64,000 nucleotides of DNA from Fistulifera solaris. Lineage: Eukaryota. Where the stretch lies: positions 310,001 to 374,000 of the forward strand of contig AP026146.1 of the NCBI GenBank assembly GCA_030295235.1. The letters are read 5' to 3'. Positions 38,192 to 51,413 of the stretch are shown one piece after another (positions within the stretch are counted from its first letter, which is position 1; every line of letters starts with the position of its first letter). The notes below the pieces were generated by a model that was given only the letters and a program-made list of their open reading frames with translations, was not told where the DNA came from and did no database searches. A program made the position numbers and the translations under genes.

Positions 38192-39978
38192 ATGCTCCGC
38201 CTACAAACCATTCTTTATTTCTTGCTAATAATACTCTTGAATACGTCAGATGGTCTCTGCTCTGATGTGAAGCAGATGGATCTAGATGCGCTGGAAAAGG
38301 CCATTGCCTTGACCACCGAATCATCCGAGGAATCCATACAACAGGCACGAGACGGGGATGTTGCCGCATTGTATTTGATTGCCCGAGAACTCGAAACGAA
38401 AGAATTGTTTTCCGAAACCATTCCCATCTATCACTATCTAGCAGATGAACGTTCACATATTGCCAGTCAATTATCACTCGGATTTTATTACTACAACGTC
38501 CAGAACAATCCTTCCAAGGCATTGCACTACTTCATTCATGCCGGAGAACGAGGACCCAATCAAGCGGCCCTCTACAATGCCGGAAAAATTCTCGGCGAAC
38601 ACAACAATTTGGTCCCAGCGGTGGCCTACATTCAATTGGCGGCTCGTTTGGCCACGACGCATCCCGAACACGCTTCCGAACAAGTCACGGAAACGTGCGT
38701 GACGGCCTTTCATGCCCTATCTCAAATAATTGCTTCCCGTGGCATGAGTCTGCAAGAGTCACTCGATGTATTTTCTTACGCTTCGCTGGATGGTTTTCCT
38801 GTCGCCGAATCGGACACGGTCGAATTTTGGCAAAAGGCCATGAAACTGCTCCAAAGTGCCGATGAGATGTACGTCACAACCGGTCAACTGAATTTACCTG
38901 CTCTACAAGAAGCGTTCCCGTATCTAAGAAGTACATGGGAGAAGGATGCGGGACAGTTATCTCCATTACAGGTACATCTTTTGTTGTCGCACATGAACGA
39001 CGCGTTGGCGGCACTGAGTGCGGTTGATGATGATTACCTTTTCGCCGCCGGAGGTTACGCGGAAGCCATGGCGCGATCCACATTTTGTCTACACAAGGAT
39101 ACAGAGTTGGATCTTTGTTTTGTCACCAGTGCATCACGTGCAATTTCCTACTATCGACGAGCCGGAGATACCGAGGCGGCTCAACGAATTTTTGATTGGG
39201 CGCAATCTCATTCATCCGGAACGACAGCTTGGAAATCCATGGACCAAACACCCCCGGTAAGTAGGAATAAGTAGTGTTTCCATCACTCCAACATAGGCCT
39301 CAGAGTTTCTTTGACAGTCGTTTGATCCCAACATCAGCAGCAAACCCATTTGGTCAGACTTACCAATCACCCATCAGCTAAAGGCTGCTCATTCCAACAC
39401 TAAAACTGTCTTGATGAATGAAATATCTACAATTGATTGGCTGGCAACAACAACGACAACAACGACGTCTGAAATTGGCTCCGATGGCTCCACAGTCTCC
39501 ACCTCTGTCATTCGGCAAAATGATCTGGTGCCTTTGAGTTTGTTGAGGTCTACTAGTCCAGTAGGCTGGTTGGAATATGGCCCCCTTCACGATGGCTCCG
39601 TTTGGAATTTGAATCTTTGTCAACGCGTGCACACGCTTTGCAGGGTGTTGCGGAGTCACGAGACGACATTTTGCAAGAGCGACGATACCACAAAAACGTG
39701 TGGAACAGATTCCATCGTTACCTTGGTGCGTATGAAACCTGGAACGACGGTGTTACCCCACTGCGGAATCAATAATTATCGCTTGACTCTGCACTGGTGC
39801 CTGTATGGTTGCACGAATATCGAACTATCCATCGGTAATCAGTCTTCACTGAACTACGAATCAGAAAGCGGTGTGATTGTTTTCGATGACAGCTTCGAGC
39901 ATTCAATCCAACACAACGGTAAGGGAAGACGCAGTGATTCTTGTCGTGTTTCTGAAACATCCCGATTTGATCCAATAG
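38192..39978 (+). CDS. Secretory-pathway Sel1-like repeat + aspartyl/asparaginyl beta-hydroxylase-like 2OG dioxygenase
   Basis: Signal peptide, SLR motifs (SQLSLGFYYY..KALHYF..AG), in-frame intron 39257-39317, MKPGTTVLPHCG.NNYRLTLH, VFDDSFEH. An indel near 39922 gives VILVVFLKHPDL. Confidence 0.8.
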
Positions 39979-40078
39979 CGGGAAAACATACTTCACCACA
40001 TTTTTTCTTATATAAATAAACGACTTTGATCCAAAGCAAACTTAGGTTTACCTACATAACTTATCAAGTAGAGCATCC

Positions 40079-40919
40079 CTAGATTTTCTGCTCGAACTTC
40101 TGGACGTGAGCGGCAATATTGCTTCCGTCAGGTACAAAGGCGACAGCTTGAGGGGGTGGCATCGGTGCGTATCCATCCATCATCACGGGTTGAGGATGGT
40201 AAATCATCGGAAGTCCTTCGGGTTCCATTTGGCTCGGCATATAATACATAGGTGCTACATATCCCGCAAACAGAGCCCCGGTTGGAACATGGCCGGGGTG
40301 ACCATAATAGTAGGGACTGTACGAAGCGGGATCGGGGTGGACCGGCACAGCGTACGCCGAGGGAATGGACGGTGCCTCCAAGGAAACGCGGCGCGTCGAT
40401 TCTTTGGTTCCGCCGACTTGACTTCAATGGTTTTGCCTTGCATCTCCAAACGTCCCGAGGTTCCCGTTCCGTCGTGGCCCATCGAAAGGAGCTTTTTCGC
40501 CGTACTCGCCTGCTCAAAGGTGACAAAACCGAATCCGCGAGATCGGTTCGTGAACTTGTCGACAAGAACGATACTGTCCATAACCGGACCGAACTGCTCA
40601 AAGAAGAGACGGAACTCTTCACTGGTGACTAAATATAAGAGAAATGAAGAAAATTAATGAGAAAACATCGCGAGAAACTAGGCAAACAAGAAGGTCGACA
40701 GAACGTACCATTGGGCGGGAGACCACCGACAAAGAGCTTTCGTTCATCTTTCGCTGTCGGTGGGACCTTGAGAGAAGGTCGGGAATAGCGCACCGGGGCG
40801 TTTACCGGGGTTTTCTTCGAAGGAACGTCGTTCGCACCACCCCCTGTTCCCTGCTGGGGATTGGAGTCATCATTTCGTTTTTCTTGAGGAATACTTTCAA
40901 ATAGAGACGGAGTATTCAT
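40079..40919 (-). CDS. RRM RNA-binding protein (Musashi/hnRNP A-like) with Pro/Tyr-rich tail
   Basis: RNP2 KLFVGGLP, RNP1 RGFGFVTF, EVKSAEPK. Intron 40708-40629; indel near 40383. Confidence 0.88.
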
Positions 40920-41746
40920 TCTCAGGGGTAAAGTGATTGATAAAGAGAGAGTTGCAAGTCTAAGTCAACCCACAAAGGGCAATCACTAGAAAAGAAGCAC
41001 TCTTGCTTGGTGATGATGGGGTGATTTTCAAGAGATAATCAAAAGTTTGAGATCACGAAATAGAATGGTTTTTGTTGATCTGAACCCATGCGACAACATT
41101 GCAAGGTATCTGCTGGTACAAATCGAACGTAGGATGTTCGCGAGAAATCTTGCGTAGAAAATGAACGACACTTTTCTACTGAGAAAAATTTCCGACAAAC
41201 AGCCTCCACGCTGAGGTGGCCATTTTCCACTTTTTCTCCTATAGTGATTGACATGGGGCGAGCGGCGTATGGACGGCTGTCAACCAGCCGTCTCTGACGT
41301 AATAATCGAAGAACAAACATCATTCTCATTGACTATCTCTCCATGTGAACAAGTCAGAAATGTTGTTGCCAGGCCTTCCACGTCATCAATGTAGGAAAAC
41401 GCCCTTGAGAGATAGCTGCTAGGAAAGTTTCTGAAACTTCAGTCTGATGAAATTTACTAGGGTTTCGGCTACTCTGGTATTTGTAATAACGTTTCACGCG
41501 TCATGAGGTCCTCACGAAACTAGTCTAAGGTTGCCGGCGACGCCGGTTGTATTTTGTTCAAAGGTCGGATCAGCCCGGAGGACACAACACGCAACAGCCT
41601 TCCCTGTGCTCGTTTGTCATCTTTATCTCTTTTTAGAAGAGCAGCACGCAAGCATCTTTGTCAAACATGAAGTTGTAAATGGTGAACGCTTGAGATCAGT
41701 TACTTTATTTCTAGCATCTCTTTTAATTACTGGTTCAATAAAAGAT

Positions 41747-42468
41747 TTACAAGACACCTTTCGATCGTCCCTTACGAAACGCAATTTTTCCTTTGGCCCA
41801 TCCTGGATCTACAATTCCGTTGCGCATGCTGGCGGATACAATGCAATTTCCCACGGATAGTCCTGAATCTTTGTCCCCGTCCTTGCGGCCTTCCGGGAAC
41901 ACTTTCACAGTACCTGAACTGCGGGGGACCATTGATTTGGGGTTCATTGATCCGTTTTCCAATGGTATTTGATATACTACGGAGGGGAGTTGTCTGGTTC
42001 CTTTCATGGGGGCAACTGAACTTCAAATTCGACAACAAAAAGCCGCGATCGTACGGCTTCGTCGTAAGAAACTTCCAACAAGTCGGTTGATTTGAGGCGA
42101 TCCGCCATGCTTGGGCGCCAGAACGCACGGAGCTTTTTCCCATCTTTCATTACACCGAAAGCCTTGAGGCCATATTTTCCCCTTTTCTTCAACAATTGCA
42201 TCTGGACGGGAGAATTTAAATATTTATTGATATGAGCTCTGACGCTACTGCTTAGTTTCTCCTGTTCAATCTTTGGGGGTTGAAGCTCCCATTTTACATC
42301 ATGCATGAGGAACATCTCTCTTGTCATTCCTGATAATGATTCATTATCGTCAAGCTGCATCTCGCCTCGAGCTTCACTGCCCATTTGGCTGGAGAAACCT
42401 TCCCGGAGAAAGCGCTGAGCCGATATTAAGGGAAGAAACAAGCACCAGACGAAGCTTAGCGATTTCAT
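41747..42468 (-). CDS. Hypothetical signal-peptide protein
   Basis: MKSLSFVWCLFLPLISAQ. ORFs 42004-42480 and 41747-42007 join through a C-run indel near 42008. The 3' end is uncertain. Confidence 0.6.
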
Positions 42469-42910
42469 TGTATCAATCAACCAATAGCAGCGGTATGATC
42501 AGACTTTAATGTCCAATGGAAAGCAACAGCGTATCGGCGGCTGCTTCTCATGGTGTGTCTTCAACGATTGGGTCGCTCCGCGCTTCATTTGCACACTCCA
42601 CGTGTATGGCGAAAAGCACAATAGAGTCTGAATGTACTGACGCATTGTTCAAGATTTCACAGTGAGTCACGTGCCAACGGTATCTTTTTGATAGAACAAT
42701 AAAATGCCACTCGATGCGAACGGATGTCAACTTGAATGAGCCCATTACTTCCCAGGTGACATCGGAATTCTTTGTTCGTTTGGCCTCAAAGAATTGAGAA
42801 AATAATGATCCCCTCGAAAAGATCTCGTCCCCGAGACCGAGACTGAGACCTCTTCGCATAATCTTCGTCGATCAAGAAGTAACAACATTCATCCTTTTCT
42901 TCCCTCAATC

Positions 42911-43346
42911 ATGCCGAACAACGGACATTCTGGATTCATTCATGAAAGAGCGATCAACTTGGCGCGTCGCGGGAGTGTTCAGAATGAAAACGATCTCATG
43001 CAGGTGAGTTTCGAAATCTAGTGATCCTTTGCTCGCGAGATGAACCTTCCCTTTCTCACCGCAAGGTACCTTTTTGCTTGGAATTCACAGGAGGATATGT
43101 TTGGTAAGTTTGACACGACCTTCACGTGAAAGAAGTTCCAGTATCACCAAGCTCACGTTCGTTGATTTTCCAGATAGCACAATGGACATGAAGCATGTTT
43201 ACAATCACGATTATTGCAAGGAACTGGCTTGCCACATGATTCACCTCAAATCTCTTCCGATGGAGTGCATGAAGTTCACGGATGTGTCTTCTGATTTGAG
43301 GCGACGTGACACCGACACGACCCATCCTACGCAGATTTTGAGTTAG
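42911..43346 (+). CDS. Possible small hypothetical protein
   Basis: ATG 42911, open exon ending CAG|GTGAGT, acceptor TTCACAG at 43090. Needs one indel near 43110 to join ORF 43074-43346. Confidence 0.4.
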
Positions 43347-43743
43347 GCTTGATATTGAGTTAGTTATTTGTCCTATTAGTAACTATAAAAGAGTTTAGAA
43401 TACTTTTAGTGTGCTGCGTTGCCAAGGGCGACTCAAGATAGCACGAAATAAAACATCCAGATCCCCGCAAGGAGTCGACCGTGTTGAGTCATATAAACAT
43501 AGCCCGAGACAAGCAAGGATGATAGTAAACGTCAAAACATCAGCAACGAGTGGCTTACGGCTAATGTGCATAGAGATATGTACTTAAAAGTATATGCTTG
43601 TACTATAGATTCTTATGCAGTGGTGGATGCAAGGGTATGAAATCAAAGCCATCAGAAGAAGTGCTACATGCAGCCGGTCAAGCTGGATGAATATAGCCAT
43701 GTGATGATATACTTGTGTGTATGTGTCATGAATTTATCGGTAC

Positions 43744-44740
43744 TCAAGGGTCGAAGACGTCTCCGGGGGCGCTTGTATCGTGAAGAATTCCGGCCTTGCG
43801 AGCTGCGTAACCCATGAGAATGCCGCGTTTCTTCGCTGACTGGACGTAGGACTTGTAATAGCATCGAATACGGTCGCGAACCGTCACAAAAGAAAACTCA
43901 GCTTCATCAAAAATGTAGCCATGTTCTGTTGCGAGTTCCAGCAGCTTTTCCGTCAAGCGATTGTTGTACTGTTTCTGTTGGATCGTGTAATTCATAGCCG
44001 AGTGCCGGAGGTATTCCTCTCGATTCGTGATGAGAAACTGTTCAAGCTGAAATGGAATAGTGACTTTGAGTTTCTAGCATACAAACACGCCAATAAATGC
44101 ACAACGAACTTACCTCTGGGTAGTTCTTCCACGAGAACTTGCGTCGATGAATCTTCTTTGCGGAAACCCCTTTCGGAACAGATCCTTGCAAGGGACCAGA
44201 AGACTTTCCATTGTCAGCCAATGCATCAAATTCATCATCTTCTTCCTCTTCTAGTTCTTCAAGTTCAGGCTGCTTCCGTTTGCGAGTCGAGACACGCAAT
44301 CCTTTGCGAAGCATGGGTGATGGCGTCACGGGGACTTTTTGACCTTCCGTCATAGTCAAAGGCGAAGGAGTACGATTCGCTCCCATGCGACTTTGTTCCA
44401 CTAGATCCAGTGAAACCGTTCGAGCACGACTGGAGGCGTGCGTGCTGACGGGTGGGGCAGATATTAGCATACTGGGGACCGCAGAGCTCCGGTGTTCTCT
44501 CGGGGTTTTGTCGCGAAGCTTGAAAGCAGATCCTAACAAGACGGGGAACTTCGGAAGCTCCTCGTCATCTTTCCACAGCATTCGATCACCTGACTTCATC
44601 TCCGACTTGGCAATGTCAGCAATTGAGAGAAGTAATGCTGCTTGATCGCGCACAGAGGTTTTCGAGAAACCATCGGAAGGCTCGTGCATCGGGGCTCGCT
44701 GGATAGCGAACGCAAAGCGTTTGTTCAGTTTTGGGTTCAT
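43744..44740 (-). CDS. Putative DNA-binding protein, paralogue A (KFSWK.YPELE...RDRIRCYYKS domain)
   Basis: Intron 44113-44047 joins RRKFSWKNYPE to LEQFLITNREEY. Clear paralogy with 46647-47288. Confidence 0.8.
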
Positions 44741-46646
44741 TGTGGGATCGCTAGGCAATGTTGTTATCATTAATGGGTAAAAATGTTCTTTCAAAGTCCT
44801 TGTGTTGGCATGTAATGATGATTTGACTTCGGAGAGAACGAGTATGGAAGCAGCCGGTGAAGTTGTCAACGAAAACACGATACCGAAAATCCATCGGCAT
44901 CAGAGAACACGCCATTCGCGTACCAGCGGAAAGCGGAATTCCGTGGAGGAGCGCACGTAGATTTCTACGCCAGTCACCCCTACAAAACACAAAAGCGTTC
45001 CACCTCGACCTGGCCAATTATCGAGACAGTGGCCAATAGCCCGACGCCGAACGCTGATGCGTGCTGTGAACAAGGCTGTGGGACTCAAAGTTCAAAAGAA
45101 TGACTGGCGTGTTACACTTTGAATCTATACACAAAAGCTTCATCGCACATAAAAGTAGACTTTTTTGAAAGGCGGGAACAGGGGGAACTTTTTTATTTAG
45201 ATTTCAGAAGGCCTATCCGTTTCGAGTGTACAATTCAATGTAGAACAGCTGACAGATGACAGTTGGAAATCTTTTTTATTATCGAGGGCAATATATCATG
45301 GCTTGTTTCTCGCGTTCCTATTGGATGACGGGGAGGGGAGAAAATAGCCTTATCAAGTGGGTCCTACCAACAAAAAAGTGAGAGCGGTATCCGTTGAAAT
45401 AAAGGACCTTATCTAAAATACAGGATTTTTTTATGTAAAGTTCCTGTTTGTTATTACTGTGACGAGGAAACCAAGGGGATGGTGAGATTTGATCCCCTAT
45501 TTTAATATCTCTTCGAAAATCGCAGCACAGTCGTTCTTTTCATTTTATTTCACTCACCATAGACTTCGGGGGCTTATCCTTAACTTAGGGTGGTAATTTC
45601 TGTCAGCGTAAAAGAGACAATTAGATAGCTGCTCAGGCTCAAACCAGTACGAAGCTTTGACATAATTATGGCTAGTCTAGAGGTCACCTGTCGAGCATTT
45701 CGACCAAGACGGAACCTGAATATCGCTCGGCTGATCAAATCACACAACACTTATCCACATTTTTTACTCCGTGTCCGGCTCGGTTTCAGCGTGCACCCTT
45801 TACGGTGTGATGGTTGATTTATTCACCATTTAGATTGAGTATTGTTTACAGATCTCAAAAGTTGAGCAATTACCAGAGTCATGAGGTTTTGGCCAAGCAA
45901 TGGGCTCTTACTAATAGCTACCAGGTACAGCGTATAGCCCATACAAGTTAAGGTGATTGCGAAAAAAGTGATACTCCGAATTCTGAATTCCCTAGCCTTG
46001 TCGTTACGTAACAAACGAGACTCCAATCAGTCCTGTTTCAACTTTATAAACGTTGAACGCTTTCATAACAGCTAAATAATATCAAAAAATATTACAAAAC
46101 AACGTTTCTTAATGCTATAGATTGATTTTGTACAGATGACCCTAAAGAATGTCGCAGTATTCAGTATTCGGTACTATTTGTTTCTGATGGAGGACCGATT
46201 CTAAGCACCCTCAGCTAAAACCATACTTCTTTTTACTGATATACAAAGTACAGAAATGACAAGCCTGACGTCTTAATTCCGACAGACGTCACCTGTCCAA
46301 ATTCGATCCCCTCACAATAGAAAAGAGAGTATGTTGCCCTGAGATGCGCATTCTTCCCGCGAAACAGGCGGAGGCGCGACCCCCAAGTCTGAACAGAATG
46401 CAAGAAAAAAAGAACAAAACAATCATCATTTCCAAAGCCCCCACCGATGAGGATCGGAGGAACACTTTTATTGAGTGGTTTGGAACGGAACAATTGATTT
46501 CTTCTCTACATTCACTCAAAGGTACGCAGCCGAATCGAACCGCGCGGCGTTTGGTGCATGCATCAAGTTTTTGTGCGACAAAAGCATTCAAATTCTGACA
46601 AATCTCCCTTTCTGCAAAGAACACTACAAGAATCATCATCGGAACA

Positions 46647-47288
46647 ATGAATCAGCTGCACGTAGACGAGGGCAAGTGCAGTCGCGGAGCCGCGCTCTTG
46701 CTCATGAAAGTTCGAGAGATTGCGATCCACGAGATTCACGACACTCCGTTCACCGATGATGACATCAATGTTATCACCCCCAAGCCGCGGTGCCGCACTG
46801 TGTCTCTCGATATCGGTACCGGTACCCAAATGCCCGTTATTAGCAAATCGTCCAGTTCAAATTCTTTCTGCAGAAACGACTTGGACGCAGCGATTGTGGA
46901 AGCCGATGACGATTCGGACAGTATCGTGCTTCACCCCGTTTTCCCCTGTACGTCTAGCAAAAAGCTCGTGGGCACGAGTGTCCGAACCAGTACCGCTAAA
47001 GGTGTGCTGCGAAAGAAGTTCTCGTGGAAGTCGTACCCGGAATTGGAGGCGTTTCTTGTGGAGAACCGACTCCAATACATGGAATACTCGTCTCAACTCA
47101 ACTATACCGCGGAGCAAAAACGTTACAACAACACGTTAACGCAAGGTCTGTTGGATTTGGCCGCCGTAGAAGGGTACATTTTTGAAGGGTTCACTTTTTC
47201 GGCCATTCGAGACCGCATTCGTTGCTATTACAAGTCGTGCGTTCAGGCCAACAAGAAAAAGAAGAAGCGCCGCAAACATACCAAGTAA
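46647..47288 (+). CDS. Putative DNA-binding protein, paralogue B
   Basis: Intronless 213-aa ORF with the same conserved domain and a KKKKKRRK NLS-like end. Confidence 0.82.
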   Translation: MNQLHVDEGKCSRGAALLLMKVREIAIHEIHDTPFTDDDINVITPKPRCRTVSLDIGTGTQMPVISKSSSSNSFCRNDLDAAIVEADDDSDSIVLHPVFPCTSSKKLVGTSVRTSTAKGVLRKKFSWKSYPELEAFLVENRLQYMEYSSQLNYTAEQKRYNNTLTQGLLDLAAVEGYIFEGFTFSAIRDRIRCYYKSCVQANKKKKKRRKHTK

Positions 47289-47553
47289 CACTTGTCTGAG
47301 AAGGCAACCAGTTTTGGTTCCTTGCCATGGATGTCCTTTTGTTTCACGACTCCATGACTTGGATATTATCATTCAGCCGTCATTAAAATGTACATCGATT
47401 AAGATGATGTCATGCACGAGGTTTTCAACCCGCGTTTGACACTAGGATGTGTCTGAGTTGCATATTTTTACAATTTTAAATGTTATATTTTCACTACTTT
47501 ATCGCCACTCTAGATTTATCATGACTTAAGTAATGATCAATATTCAATCCATT

Positions 47554-50500
47554 CTAGTTATCTGGACCCGCGTTTTTCGCAACGCCACGCATGATGCGGC
47601 GTGCCATCGCCACACACTCCGTGAGCTGGGATCTCACTTCCTTGGACATTTCGCCGTGATCATCGGAAGTTGGGACTCCAGTGAAGGGGCGCAACATGTC
47701 GTTCTTGACCACCCTCAGACCTCCCATTTCTCCTACCAAGGCAACCAGTGACCGATCTAGTCTCAAAAGAGATTCGGCAATTGTACTGTCCGTTGCCATG
47801 CACTTTCGCGCTGGCCACCAAGGGTAATTTTCCACCTTGGCCATGCAAATGTCGTCTGAAAAGTGAACGTTAGTCCAAACTTCAGAAGGATCCATGGACG
47901 TAGACGACGACATGCCGTTCTTGGCCTTTTTCCGAGGCTTTTTCTCTTCTTCTGTGCTCCACATTTTGATTGCATCGGTAAGTGCATCCCTCTCGTCACA
48001 TATCTTCAGTAGCTTAATTTGGCTGATCTCGCAAAACGCAGTTGTTAAAGCCGCCACGCGTGACAGCGTCTTGGCACTTTTGACCGCGGCGATCCAATCT
48101 GCTCGAGACGCGTCATCGGACCCAGACAAGCAACTCTTCAAAATCGCGGCTTCCAATGACAGAACAGACGGAATATCATCCTCACTTAACTCCTCAGTGG
48201 GCGAATTATCGTCGTCCGCCTCTTCGTAGTCTTCATCTTCGTCGGGGTCGTATCCGCCGCAGTCTTCAAGTACTCTCATAGCAGCTTCTTTGCACTCTCC
48301 TGCTGCGTTAGGGTGGTGGAGAAGCAAGGCTGATCGAAGCTTCGCCACAATGTCAGGGATATGAGCTTGGCGAGCAGCACCGATAGCCGATACGAGTAGA
48401 TTTCGGATTTCAGAATACTTTTTGGTTGGAGTCTCTTTAATTCGGTGAACAAACCGTTTCCATATCTTTTCAAGTTTTTCCTTTTCAGCCAGGTCGTCGT
48501 CAGACGCGTCTACAGACATGTTATCGTCGGCTAGTTCAGCATCCTGAGCTGCTTTCGCGGCATTCGTTATCGTGGCTGCACGCTCTTCCAGGTCAAGTAG
48601 TGATTGTTTTATCGTAGCTATAATTGAAGAAATGGAAAACGCGTTGCCAGTCTGCGACGTCGTTGCCCGAGGGCTGTCAGTGCGACGCCTCTTGGCAGAC
48701 GACCCATTCCCCAAACTATCCAATGAGTCGCGACGGCCAGAATTATCATCCATTGCATTGGTGTCGTCGCCCGATGCTAGACTTTCGGAAGCCATGGAAT
48801 TCCACGCTGGAACAGTGCCTTCCAACGAATTTATCCATTCCGACCGAGTCTTGCCCTTCTCATTCCACGGCCGTAACGACTCGCAGAGCTCTTCGAGTCC
48901 TAACAATTGAGCCACCAACATACCGACCATTCCAGTTCCGTCAATGTTTCCTGTTCCAACTAGTGATGCACATCCTAGAACAGGGACATAGCGGGTCTTG
49001 CTTATCTTGACTTCACGCGTTCGGCGATGATCTTTTAGACCGCTCGTTTCAAACAAGCGCAGTGTATTCAAGCCAGTGAGTTCGTCATAGTCCAAAATGT
49101 CGTTAGCCCCTTCTTCTGGAACGTCATTCTCTTCCAAGGCTTTCAATTCTTCTTCAATCTGAAAAAGTTCATGTTCTGATTGGCCGACCAGGCGTCCGCT
49201 TCTTCGCCCAGCTTCCTCGCTGCACTTTACCCTGGCTGCTTCCAAGCGTTTACGGAGCTGCTCCATTTCTTTCACCCTAGAACTAGCTTCCTTGACCTTT
49301 TTGACATCATCGTAGGCTATAAAACGGCGTAGAGATTGCTGAGCACCTGGAGGACCCAAGAGCTCTTCGTATAACTCATTCTCCCGTTTTCCACGAATAT
49401 CAAGACTGGAAACAAAACTCTCAAACAGAGATGTTGAGTCGATGATATGCCAAGATCGCCGTTCAAAGTGGAAAGACTGTGGAAGAGAGCATGCGATCCC
49501 GGACGGAGGCCTCTTCTCTTCGATGTAAAGAACTTCCGGATCATTACGAAAGCAATAGAGGGCGTTAAAGTTCCGATCATATCCAACCGGTTCAGTTCGT
49601 GCAACCAACTTCCGAATTCCTTTTTCGTAAGCCTCACTGGCCTTTTGTTGGGCACGTTTAGCGGTTTCAAATTCCTTTTGCTTGCCGTAGGCTTAAAAGG
49701 CTCTTCACTTTTATCCTTTCCGTTGTTTGAAGCTTCGTTCTCAGCGTTCTCCTCCCCATCGTTCTCTGAAGTGCTTTTACGCGGCTTCTTCGGTCCTTCA
49801 AACGCTAGACGAACCTTTCGAAATTTAGCGTCCGCGGAACGCTTCGCTCGCAATAACTCCTGCATTTCTTCTTCCCGAGACGCCAGATCATCCGATATAG
49901 TAGCGTTGGTAGCCAAGATGTCTTCCGTGAGTGCCCTCAATAATGCCATCAGTTCTTCAGCAGTCAAATACCAGGGGTCTTGTCGAGCTAGCTTTCTGTG
50001 AGCACGATTCAATGCGCTGGCACCGTCGCCAAGATAAGCCGAATATCCCTCGGGTAGAACGTGGTTCTCTGGCGCATCTCCGTTACTCTTGCGCGTTTTG
50101 ATCGCCGGCGTCATGGGAATCGAGACAGTCTCTTTGATTCCGAGCAAGTATTCGGTGTCGATTGCCAGAGCTGGAAGGACGGTTGGGTCGCGACTAGCAT
50201 CAGTGCTATAAAAACGCTCCATGGCGTCCATGTAGAGGGAACAGACTTCGGCCCAGCTAGTCGGCGACAGCGCCGGATTTAAAAATTCACGAATTTCACG
50301 TCGAAGTTTCAGCTCATTCTTATCAGTCACGAGGGATGTATCTGGCGGGAGGAACAAGACTTGCAAACAAGTCACAAACAGATGGGAAATGAGTGGAGGA
50401 ATCAATTTTGCCTTTCTCGCGTTCCCGTTGAGAACTTGTTCGACAGCAAAGATCAAGTTTTTGAGTGTAAAATCAGGGACGATGGGATGATACTCATTCT

Positions 50501-51413
50501 CATTTGGGCCTGTAAAATGAACGTCCCCGCGGAAAAAATGATAGACATGTAATAGATCTGGCACCAGTCCGTAACTTCCAGAGTCCAATCCGTCTACTTT
50601 GCTAGCCTGTAGGATACAACCAGAGGTCTTACCTAAGCGAGAAGGGTGATTGGGAGGCACGGTTGCGTGCCAGAAATAAGGCAAATAAGGGCGAGCGGTG
50701 ACATCGGCTGGTGGCTTGACATTCAATTCTTTGTCCTCTGCGTGTAACTTGGTGTCCTCCATGGGAAATCGGCGTCGACGCAATCGCTCTGCTCGCTCCT
50801 TAGCTTTCGCTTCAAATTCAGCCTTTCGCTTGGCTGCTTCCTCTTTTTCAATAGTTCCGCCTTCATTTTCTCTCGCGTCTCCGGATCTAGATCTTTCTTT
50901 TCCATTTCGTTCATTTTCTTAGCATTTAACTCGAGAGTCCTCTCTAGTGAGTTAGCCTCCATATATTCCTTTAGTTTGGCTTTCTTTTCGCAGCAGCCAA
51001 GCGCTTTTTCTTGGCAGATTCTATGGCTTTGTATGCGGATGAGATCTTATACGAACATTTCACCTTCGTGAAATGCTCCTTCTTCACCCCTAGTTTCAGT
51101 GCCCCGTTGAGATTTCGTCGAAAATGCGCCCCATCCTGCAGATCTGGATAGTTGCTTAAAATCCACTTTGAAATGGCTGGCTGTGAGCTCCCGGTACGAT
51201 CTTTGAGTGCCACAATGGCTTCCTGAATCAATTGACCGTACGATCGGTTGAGGGAACTCGCCGTGCCGGGGGCCGGTTTCCTCTTTTCGCCGATGGCTCA
51301 TCCTTGTTCTCGTCGTTCTCATTGTGTGCTTCCTTAGTGGGGGTGTTCACAACATCCGACGTGGAGTGATCCGCGGATGCTGGGGACTCGGCGTGTTCAC
51401 CACTAAAGGACAT
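47554..51413 (-). CDS. Chromatin factor: H15 linker-histone globular domain + DDT + WHIM1/2/3 + PWWP
   Basis: IQEAIVALKDRTGSSQPAISKWI..LKLGV....TKVKCSYKI (H15). DLLHVYHFF..FTLKNL (DDT-like). LTAEELMALLRAL (WHIM1). RTEPVGYDRNFN (WHIM2). SLDIRGKRENEL (WHIM3). AKVENYPWWPAR (PWWP). Several indels (~51232, ~50970, ~50850, ~49680). Confidence 0.75.

Noticed and set aside
45100..46300. AT-richer stretch as a candidate centromere
   Set aside because: Short and only moderately AT-rich; better explained as the divergent promoter of the paralogue pair.
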